In this document: positions 9,879 through 24,480 of the stretch, piece by piece
Numbering within the stretch: the first letter of the stretch is position 1
Layout of the letters: each line of letters begins with the position of its first letter
Assembly: GCA_037447605.1 (NCBI GenBank)
Contig: CM074815.1
Span: forward strand, 1,674,001 to 1,738,000
Direction of reading: 5' to 3'
Origin: Zygnema circumcarinatum SAG 698-1b
Lineage: Eukaryota; Plantae; Zygnematophyceae
Length of the DNA: 64,000 nucleotides
Translations under genes and position numbers: made by a program
Notes under the pieces: model-generated
What the model saw: the letters and a program-made list of their open reading frames with translations, nothing else
What the model was told of the DNA's origin: nothing
Database searches by the model: none

Positions 9879-12800
9879 GTGGCTGGCAATGAGGGCGCCC
9901 GCATCAGTGGAGGGGCTGATAGGGCGAGGGCTGGCAGCCTGAGGGCTGGTCTGCCTTCCTGAGGGGCTGGTAGACATGCCCCGCGAGGAGGTGGGGCTTG
10001 CACCGCGAGGGCTGAAGCCGGGAGCAGGAGGGCTGCCCCCTCTTGGACTGGAGGCCTTAAGGGCAGCGTTGACAATCATAGCTCCAACATCGGAGCCCCG
10101 GGGGCTGAGAGAGGAGGTCCCTCCGCCGCCCCCCTTTGGACTGTTACCTTTGCTGGGATCGCGGCGCGCCCAAGAAGGGCTGAACTTGGGAAGAGGCTGC
10201 GTCGGCGGGCTGCTCTCGCGGGGCACTCGGGATGAGAGTGGGGTAGGACGGCGTGCGACCCAATCGTCTTTCTGTGTCAGAGAGAAGCACAGAGATAGAG
10301 AAAGAGAGAGGAAAAGCAAAGGGCTCAGAGGATATTACCAACATCAGAAAGGATTCGGAGCATTTAACAGTAAGGGTCCTGAATTGGACCCAAATTCAAG
10401 TTGCCAATGATAAACCGTGGACAAAAGAAAGGTTGGACAGTTTTTTTTCTATGCCATCAATAACAGCTATGTAGCCCAAAGGTTGCATGGTACGAACAAC
10501 GACGACATTGGCCCTTGGTGCAAATGCAAAGTGCAAGCCATATACAAGGAAACTGACTCTGTACATATCTTTTGGCTAAGTATCAGTAAATAGCATTCGA
10601 AGTAGCACTGCAATTCTGGCATTTAGCTCTTTAGTACTTGTGCGCTCAAATGCAAGAAGCAAAGAGAAATTCGGCAGTCATATCAATTCACTGGGTTGCT
10701 GACAAGGCTTGCACAAAACTGACGGACAAGTATGACAGACCAGTAGGCATTGGGTGATGACTTCGGAGGTCAATGGGCATAAAGCAAGGCTCACCAGTGC
10801 GGGATCTTCACTCTCCAGCATTTGCACGACCTGGGACATTCTCGGCCGCTTCAGGGCGTTAGCCTCCACACAACGCAGGGCCACTCGGATGACGTACTCC
10901 GCGTCATCCTGCTGTACATCAATCAGAGCTGCATCCACCACTTCTGAAGATTTCTCCTCTCGAATTTTCCCCTTTACCCAGTCGACCAGATTGACCTGCC
11001 ATACATCACCACAGGCCAATTTCATTTTCCATTGGGGCTTCACAGGAAAAATAAGAAGCTCCAACATAAGTAAAAATACATGATCAGCTACTGCTTTTGT
11101 TATCTTCCCATTTTCGTTCCCTTCCCCGAATTCTACGGTATCTTTTCGGCCACAGCTTGCTGATAAAGCTGAGCATGTGTCAGAGCCATTCCACTTGGAA
11201 TGTAGGACTCATAGTTGCCGCGGGAAGAAGCGCATTACCTGTGATTTAGAGGAGTCAAGGTCGACTGGTGGACGACCGGTCACAATCTCAAGCAAAAGCA
11301 CTCCGAAGCTGTACACATCACTCCTCTCCGTAAGCAGCCCAGTGTTGGCGTATTCAGGTGCCACATACCTGATACACCCAGATGCCTTTGTCAACACATC
11401 ACGTTCATCCATACATCACCCTAACAAAGGTCAATCATGCATCCAAACAGGCAATATTAAGCTCGGTAACCAGGAGATACAGACCCGAAAGTTCCCATGA
11501 TGCGTGTGGTTGCATGGGATTGATCACGGCCCATGATCTTGGCGAGTGCAAAATCCCCAATTTTGGCATTCCACTGCGCATCAAGCAGCACATTGCTCGA
11601 CTTGATGTCCCGATGCACCACCTTGATGTCCAGCCCTTCATGCAAATATGCAAGCCTGCACACCCACACTAGATCAGTTACAAATTTATCACAATAACGA
11701 TGCAGACTAAGGAAACCAAATAGTAAAGTCTGAAATCATTCCGCAGTGCAGTCCAGCAGACGGGAATTACAACCTGGAAGCCAATCATCACTCAGTTATG
11801 TTTGGCAAACATACCCGCGAGCCACACCAATGGCAATATGCATTCGTAGCTTCCAGTCAATGGGCTCAGAATTGGCTGCTTGGTGGAGCCATGCTTCCAG
11901 CGTTGCATTTGGGACATACTCATAGACCAGCAAGCGTTCGTCGCCATCAGCACAGCAGCCCAATAATTGGACCAGATTAGGGTGCCGTAAGCGGCTCATA
12001 GCCTCCACCTCCGTCCGGAATTCCCTAACAGTCAGTTGCGACTCCCTGCCAAGCGACGAGGATAAACAAGACTATCAATGAAATGGCATATGTGTCAGGA
12101 GAACAACTGCCTGTACAATGCTCATTTACGATCCTATACATGGGAAAACAAGAGTTTAGAGTAGAGGGAGTAAGTGCACCTCTCTTTTGTTAGACGCTTT
12201 ACCGCCACAGTCATTCCGTCTGCAAGACGAGCTTTGAAGACAGTCCCATATCGGCCCGTGCCCAAAACATTCCGTTGTCCTTGTTCACCAAAATTGTTGG
12301 TAGCTAAAGCGAGCTCCTGTAAGCTAAACCACCGCTCAATAGCACCGAGGCTCATATCCTCTGAGACCTCGGATGGCTCTGATGTATTCCATCGCCCCTG
12401 ACCGGTAACAATCTCATTGAGAGACTCCTCATCGTCTGCAATCATGCGCTGTGTATCAACCTCTGTGTCTAAATCACCTGAACGCAAAGCTCTGCCAGCA
12501 GCCCCATACATGATTGGCGGAACACTGCCTCCAGGTAAGTCTGAACGGTTTCGTCGAGAAGGGGCCGTCGGAGGGATGGCATCGGAGTCCTCAGAAGACT
12601 TCCTTCCTGAGGTTGACTTGAGAAGGGAAGAGTCAACAATTGGAGGGATGACGACTGAAGTGTCCCCTTTAGGGAGCTCCTGAGGGGCCAAATCATCATC
12701 ATCATCATCTCCTACTTCAGTCGATGGAGTAGACCGTGGCATAGAGCCTGCCTTGTTCTCAGTCGCCTCAGGGACCGAACCAACACCTGTGCTTTCACTG

Positions 12801-15800
12801 TAGTCACTCTTATCCTCAGCATGACTCCCATCACCGGACCCCACTGCCTCTGTTTCGTTCTCAGCTTCGGGAACAAACCCTGCAGCGATGAGTCCGCCAC
12901 CAAGAGCAGAAGCCCCTACTGCAGCTGCTGTGGTGGTCGGTGCTGCTGCCAAAGATGAATGGCTGTCCTCAACTACATTATATTCTGGCACTGTTGGAGC
13001 AGCCACTTCTGACAGTTTCTCATCTGCTGCACTTGTGGAATCAACTGTTGCCATTCCGGTAGTAGCCTCTCGCGAAACTACATAAGGCGGCTGACTCAAA
13101 AGCACAGAGTCTTCGTCGCTTTTCTGAGCTTCAGATGTGGTAGGTGGACCTGCCTCAGCGTTTGCAGCAGAAACAGCTACAGCAACAGGCACGGCAGTTT
13201 GCCCCCCTCCAGCACTCCATCCCATTCCCCTTGAGGGAAGTCCGGAGCTGCCTCCAGTTGCATCCAAAGGCCCACCTTTTCCAGACTCCAAATCTTGAAT
13301 TTCCCCTGGCTGGTTACCTCCTCCAAGCGGTTTTCCAGAATCGGGAGAATCATCCGGCTGCAACATTTGCAATGTGTCAGCTCCTGCTTTCATCCCTACT
13401 TCATGACAGATAAGTGAAACACAAGCTTCAGATACTGAAAGCTGAAGCTGAAGCTTCATGTACTGAGTTCAAAGAATTGAGAGTAGGACGAAATCTGCCC
13501 TTCTAATGCAACAGCAGAGACAAACATGAAAGTCTGCAGCTCCTGCTAAGCTCATGACAATGATAGGGTTGCAAGGTTTGCAGTGATTTTTAGCTGATTT
13601 TTTTTGTCGAAGCTTTTGGAAATAAAGCACTGTACAAGGAAATCACTAGAAATTGCGAACACATCCATCAAACAAACGTAGGAGTCAGAAATATTACCTG
13701 CTGTTTCTTACGCCGGCAGAGAAAGAACAGGCAAAGCAGAGAAAGAAGTACTATTACAGCTGCTCCCGCGATAATACCAGCAATAACTGGTGTGGCCAGA
13801 CCTGACTTTGACTCAGAGCTTGTGCTTCCTCCATTAGCTGGAGGGGGTGGAGAGGAAACCAATGAAGTCCCAGGTGGACCAGTCGTCGGAGGGGGGGGGG
13901 TGGAGGGAGAGGGAGGGGGATAGAGGAGGGTTCCCGGTGGGAACGGGGGGAGTGGAGGAGGAGATGGTGGAGGAGGAGAGAGTGGAGGAGGAGACGGTGG
14001 TGGAGGAGATAGGTCTGGAGGCGGTAGCGAAGGAGGCGGCGGTGAAGGAGGGGGAGGGGGCTCAGGACTCCCAGAAGAAACAGGGTAACCACTGCAAGGC
14101 TGCTCAACCAATCGGCAATGAAGGCATAATGTAAGTCAGGTTGATTCTAAAATGATATTCATAGCAAGTGTCACGCTTACAAATCGCTAACAGGACAGGC
14201 AGGGAAGAGTACAAATAGCCAATATGAAATCATTACCCTCCCTGGTCACCACAGTTGTCTCAAACTGAATCAAACGCACGATGGTGTGACTTTTACAAGC
14301 GAAACACCGGGCATCTAGGTCGTTTGAGGCCACAACACGCCATCACATACAGGTTGATGGGTGCTTAGGCCTTTAACTCGCACCTTACTTTCAAACCTAT
14401 CCCAAAGCGAGCTTGCAAACATTCACACGTAACAGTGATGTGCGATTGCTTTCAGATATAGGTTCCAAACCGCAAGTTCAATCTCGATTTGAACAATTTT
14501 GAATACAATGTTTAGTCAGTATTCTAGCCTATTGGTTCAACTGGAACACCAGTAATCCAGATGAGTCAATAAATGTCGTGCTACTGAGTGGAGGACACGT
14601 TCAAAGTACAGGTTATGTAGATATTCATTCAAGAGCTGCAAATTTTACTACTTAGGAAAATTGGGAAAAGTGCTGGGCATACCGTGAAGCTTGCGAAGTT
14701 CGTGCATAACCCCGTGTTGGTGAGGACTACATTACTGCCCAGGTAGCTCAGCTCAGAAGGAACAGCACCGGTGAGGTCAACGTTATTTTGAAGGTCAAAT
14801 GATTGGAGTGCTTGGAAGCTCTTGAAGGAGTCAGGAATTGAGCCGCTAAAAGTGTTGTCATTCAGGTATAGAAATTGCAGCTGCAGATCACGCACAAAGG
14901 AAATTCTTTACTTCAGCAGCAGAACCCCTTTTCCTCAACCAGCTCCTCAGACCCATGGCACATTTGCACATGGTACAGCAAGATTCTAAACTCTGAAGAG
15001 TTGCACGAACGGGAGCTTAAAATAAAGAATGAAGCTGAATGCACCAATGAACGAAATACCTGCACACAATTCCCGAGCGAATCTGGAAGGTTCCCATTCA
15101 TCGTATTAAAACCCAGGTTCAATGTTGTCAGGTTGGCGCAGTCTCCAAAGTCGGGAATACCGCCGGTAAAAGCGTTATTATTCAAGACTACCGTTGTGAG
15201 ATCCGGGCTTCCACCAAAAGAAGGGAGACTGCCGTCTAGCAGGTTGTTGTTCAAGCGCAGTTCCTGGAATTCACGAGCGAGCCCAAAGTGAAAAAGGAAG
15301 AAAGCCAAATGGAGCAGTTTCTCTACAGTTATCTGCCGAATACTGGGGTGGGAGTTGCCTTAAACAATGTCAAGTTTATGGCCAAGAACACATGCAGTTC
15401 TCATTACACAACGAGCCAGTGCCTTCCTGTTCCTCTCCTTGCTCTGTTCCAAGCCTGGGTCAATATAGCTCAGAGCTGCTGGTCCTCTAAAACAAAGGTA
15501 TGTCTTATCGACCAGCCCACAATGCTCACTAGTAGTACGACAACACCGACGATACTACCCCTGCATGCTGGAATAGAACTGGAAAACATTGCTGTGTTTA
15601 ACTCTTACCGTTAAAGTTGTAACTCCACTTAAGCCTCCAGGAATACCGGCTGTTAAACTGTTACTTGAGAGATCCAACTTTTGAAGGAAAGGGAAATCGC
15701 TGAAACTATCAAATATATTTCCTGTAAGTCCATACTGCGGAAGACTTATCGCTATAACATTGCCAGCTGCGTCGCACGTGATTCCCTGCAGAGCCAACAA

Positions 15801-16479
15801 ATATAAAAACAAAGCTCTGAGCGTCCATAGCCCGTGAGATTAAAGGCGGGAGAGTAATAAATACTGACAAGGAGGGCCAGTCAGGCACCAGTGCCCCAAA
15901 AACCTCTCTCCGGCTGAGCTTATTTTGCCGAAAGTTCACATGGTTCACCAAGCACGGCGAGAACAGCCTTTAAACTTCAGGCAGTTCGTCTATTTATGAG
16001 AACCATTCACTCTCAGAGAGGATGAAAAGAAGTTCCTGAGACTGCCGAAATAGAAACGGCGATTGAAGCATGAAAAGACTGTCTAGTAGCACAAATCTCC
16101 TACTCTCGTCAAAATGCACGAGAAACAGAAAACGTTGCTGAAGTGAGCAAACTATTCAGCAGTACTATAAAAAATGTTTAAAGTTTTTTCTGCTTCAAAC
16201 AATCACATAATATGCTGCAGCAATGTCGCACGGTGTGTACGCACTAGGGAACTTGAAACCCTAGCTCAACGTGCAGCCAATAGCAACATAAACAAGGGCG
16301 TTCGAGACAACCTCAAAAGTGCACGGCTGGTTGATAGTAGGGTCCCACTTGATTCGAAGATTCCCGGTAGGATCAAGCTTTGCCGCAATATCTTGATAAT
16401 TCTGCGAAAGGGAATGCACAACAAATCCAAGACAAAGAGCAAGTCTCGCCTTCCCCTCCCATCTCCACGGCCTCGCCAT
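9822..16479 (-). CDS. LRR receptor-like kinase with extensin-like stalk and RLCK-V-type Pelle kinase domain (about 1169 aa, 11 exons)
   Basis: Exons 16479-16312, 15785-15609, 15263-15060, 14880-14683, 14099-13698, 13357-12180, 12045-11815, 11655-11485, 11368-11239, 10995-10795, 10271-9822; all GT-AG with consistent phases. Signal peptide, LRR cap (PCTFE/GITCD), 6-7 LxLxxNxLxGxIP repeats, SPPPP stalk, TM, kinase motifs [27 protein letters not shown]. Confidence 0.93.
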
Positions 16480-17289
16480 ACTTCCACTGTAAAGAGACTA
16501 AATGCGGCTTCCTTCAGCCTCTCCTCCCTTCCCGAAGCGCCCTGAGAGTCCAACAAGGGTGCCACGTGTCCAGCTCAGAGTCCCCCTTTTCCCGCACACG
16601 CATTCTCCTTGCCTCTGCGCTGTCAATGCGGCACCTCCCGCTCCCCGCCTCCCTCTCTCTGCCGCGCGAGAGCCCTTCCAAGAGCGCCTGCAGCCAGCCG
16701 CCGAGCGAGCTGCGAGAGAGAGGAGAGAGCTGGAACAGGCAGGCAGGCGGGCGGGAAGAGTAGGCCCCCTTCCGGGCCGTTAAGCGCCAGAGCCGGCCCG
16801 GCCTCGCGCCCTTCGAATCCCGTCGACCGGCTCCGTTTCCGTTACAGTCCCATCTGCCAGCGTGTGCCCCTCCACACTGCGACTGTCAGAAACACCAGTG
16901 TGAACACCCTTGCGGAGTTTCTTTTAGCGCGATCCGCCGTGTGAACGGGTCCAGGAGGGTACTCCCGGCGCGCTGATAGACAGTTGACCGCGGTCAGCGT
17001 CCGTGGCAGCGGCGGCGGCGGGAATGGCAATAGAGATGACCGACGGGACGGGACGACAGGAGTCAGTGGCAGAGACAGAGGCAGACGCGCGCGGTGGGGG
17101 GGGGGAGGGCGGCGGACGGGGCGGGGCGGGCGGGCTTGTCGCCGCGCTGAGCTGGCCGCTGGACCGCGCCAAACCGAGGGCCGCCGGGCGGCATCAAACG
17201 GCTCGATTCGCGGCTACATGATCCGCAGCTGGACGGTATCCGTTCAGTTCATTTTCAACGCTCACCGTTCAATTAGGACCGTTGCGAAT

Positions 17290-17540
17290 TGATATGAATA
17301 ATTTGGGACTGTACGGCAGCCAGTAACGGTACAGTACAGTACAGTACTGTACAGTACAGTACGAGGATCGGACCGTACCATACGGCTTGAAGTACGGATG
17401 AGCGTACCCTGCACGTGGCAGCGTACGGAGGCGAAGGTACAATAGGGGAAGGTTCGCTGGGGACTTCTTCGCGTCTGCCACGTGGCACACAGAGCCATTC
17501 CGCACGTGCGGTCCGAAGCCAGGCGCGTCGCCACGTGGCC
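17290..17540. promoter_or_regulatory. GTAC array plus G-boxes in the divergent RLK/GR promoter
   Basis: 13 GTAC within 17311-17440, seven of them consecutive at 5-bp phase (17329-17363); CACGTG near 17413, 17479, 17503, 17532. Confidence 0.6.
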
Positions 17541-17663
17541 TGCCGCAAGCGCGCGGAGGCGCGGACGGCGAGGGGGACGCGAGGGAGAGAGTGGGAGAGG
17601 GAGAGAGGAAGAGAGTGGGAGAGGGAGAGAGGGAGAGGGGAAGCGAGATAGTTCCCGGCGGCC

Positions 17664-21568
<3,905 letters not shown>

Positions 21569-22632
21569 AGTCTGGTTTTCTTAGGTCGAACGCAACGTCC
21601 GACCGTCCTGGACAGCGTGCTATTTTTCTCCCAAACTTGAAAACATTTCTTATTTCTGTCCTTCGCTTTGCAGCCTTCGTTAAGCGGAGCGGCTTGATAC
21701 GGAATGCTGCAGAAACGGGCTTGCTTTGGCTGCTCCAATTGTGTGCCAAATACTCAAAAAGGAAATCCGCAGAAGAGGCGTGACTGCACAGTGCAAGCTG
21801 TACATAATGTGCTCAGTTCCCTTTGGCCATATTAATAACAGGAAGCCCTGTCTACATTGATGTACTACGAGCCTTATTGCGAATTTCTATCCATGTAGGC
21901 TGCTTTGAGCAACTATTCTTTTAAATTTAAACTCCTTGAGGTAGAAGGAATGCTAGTTTAAGTAGTTGAAAGAATATGCAGGTACGGGGATGAATTGGAT
22001 TTGATTTTACGCTGGCAATGCCGTCAGATGTACTCGGACAAAAAGATGAAATGAAGGACCAAGGTGAACCGGTGACAAATGACCTAGAAACAAAACAAAG
22101 TTTCTCTTTGCAAGTCTGTATGCAAGTCACTCTTCCTAGCCATGAATGACTTCACACACTCTGGAAAATGAGTTTCCAATATGCGTCCTCCATCGTTGGG
22201 ATAATGAGGGAGAGCTGCACACCATCTAAAACGTTTAAAACACTTTCAAAAGAAGGACGTGGTGTCGTAGCGACATACCCACCATCGTCTATGGCCGCCA
22301 TTGCTACAGGAAGCTGCAAGGCTGCATACGCACCATCCACAAGTGCATACATGCATGCATGGCATGGCGAAGTGGTCAACACGTGCCAATTAGGTGTATT
22401 GTCAGTGAGCTCAACATCATCATTTAATGAATGTAATAGTGCCGGTCCGCACATATCCGTGTCCCACTCGCCTGCTTCTTTGTACGCATAAACACAAAAT
22501 AGGTAGAATGCCAATGAATCCTAACGATCAATCAGTTCATGTTCTGCTGCTGCTCTCTCTCCGCCCTAACTGACTGCAATCACATGGAACCGTGGGCTTG
22601 CTGCCTACAATACAAACAACCAACGGCTTTTC

Positions 22633-23430
22633 TGATATGAATAATTACAAAAAAACGACCTCCCTCCCCGCCGTGCCATCCATCCATCCAGCCGTCCATC
22701 CATGGGCCCGCAAGTGCGTAGCCAAACAGAGTCCCTGTGACTGAGGCAGGCGAAACAAACAGACCGACCGACTCGCGGATGGGTCCGGGGACCAACGGAC
22801 GGTCGAGATCCACGATCCAAGATCCACCTCTTGCGTTAGACAGGAGTCCGTACAGCCATTCTCCTCGCACGTACCTCCGTACAGTACCGTACACATAGAC
22901 TGGTACGGAACTTTGGCATTTGGGGTCGAACCATTCCAACAGCATGAGCCAATCAGGGGCTGCCACGTTGCCTCCGCCTGCAACGCCCAACAAACGACAA
23001 ACTTGGTGAGGGAAAAAATTACCAAAACCTTTCAAAACCTGCCCGGGTCAAGCTCTGGACACAAGGGAATGACCATACGGACGTACGGACGGGTGCGGGT
23101 GGCCGTACGGCGGAGTGGGCTTGTTCAACGGGAACAGAAAAGCGGCTCCACCGTACGAACACTAAACGACAACCAAACAACAGGACGAAACCCGTCATCA
23201 GGTCGTCCACTGATCGTACCAATCAGTACTGTACAGTATCCGACATGTCCGTACAATATCAAATCTGACCGATCCGACGGCGCAAAAGCGGCGATGCAGC
23301 GCCGCGCTGGCGACAGAGCCGGAAGACGACAGCTCCTGCCGACCAGGGCACGGCGACACATGCGCAATTAAGGCTGGCAGGCCGCATGTGCGTGCACTAA
23401 ATCCCGCACGTGCCGACAATGTCACGTGGC
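22633..23430. promoter_or_regulatory. GTAC-rich GC island between convergent GR and orphan 3' ends
   Basis: 13 GTAC in 22850-23254, CCGTACGG at 23103, GTCCGTAC at 22846 and 23247, CACGTG near 23407 and 23423; no protein gene assigned. Confidence 0.45.
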
Positions 23431-23789
23431 GTCACGTCACGAGAGAGACCTCCTCTGTCAATTTGTCTCCAGAGGAGTAGACAAGCGCCAGCTGGCAGAC
23501 GCACTCAAGGACAACTATTCAAGGATGGATCTCAATATCAGCGCCCCAGTGGCGCAGACATCGACAGGCCGGATCAACAGGTCGGATCCACAACTCTCAA
23601 AGGATCCACAGCTCCAACGGATCCACAGTCCCGTCCCAAAACTGGCAGATCTATGCAGCACGTCAGCCAGTCAACTCCCTCCGACACACGTGTCACGCAA
23701 CAGCCAACACTGTTCCATGGCATGCGAAACTCAGCAATTGGGAGGTGGTGGGTGGGAGAGCAGGAGCGGAAGCCAAGGACGCTAATAGG

Positions 23790-24065
23790 AAGGAAGGTGT
23801 GGTGAGAGGACTTGAGAGGGAAAGAGGAGGGAGAACATGAGAGGGAAAAAGAGTGGGAGGGAGAGCACGAGAGGGAGGGCAAGGAGGAAAAAGGGAAAGG
23901 GAGAGCACGAAGGAGAAGGAAAGAGCAAGAGAGGGAGGGAGGGGGAGAGCGAGAGGGAGAAAGTGGAGGGAGAGTGAGAGGAGAACAAGACGGGAGAAGT
24001 AGCGGAGGGAAAGCAAGAGAGGGAGGGCGAGCACGAGTGGGAGGGGCAGAGAGCAAGAGCAAAGC
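23790..24065. repeat. Purine-rich (GA/GGA) low-complexity tract
   Basis: About 275 bp almost entirely G/A on the + strand. Confidence 0.85.
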
Positions 24066-24480
24066 ATAGTGCAGTCTCAGTCAGACCCTGCAGCCATGAC
24101 ACAGCATAACCTTCGGCCACGTGAGCCTGCCACTTCTGGCCAGCCACTTCTTCAGCACTCTGTCAAAGCACGCACTCGAATGCCATAAAAAGTACTCAAA
24201 CAACATCCAGTTGAGTCAAGAGCGACAAGCTCCAATGGAATTATATAGGAGTTATTTGCTTAACAAGGCAGAACACAGTAATTCCTGAAACAACCACCAA
24301 ATAAGCAAACACAGATGCGAGCCCTCCGGCCCAGCAAGAACAACAGCACCTGCTGCATTTGCAGTAAGCTACAAGACCTAGGAGACGTAAACGACTAATT
24401 CAGCATATCCTAATATATCACAAGTCCTCCGCAAAGCCAAGGCCCGCGCAAGACTCACCATCCTTTACTCGTCTTCTCTC

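Noticed and set aside
22152-22514. 120-aa minus-strand ORF
   Set aside because: Non-ATG start in the track and no recognisable motif; kept only as a possible product of the orphan island.
23574-24147. Several Leu/Ser/Pro- or Glu/Gly/Arg-rich ORFs
   Set aside because: By-products of the purine-rich tract.
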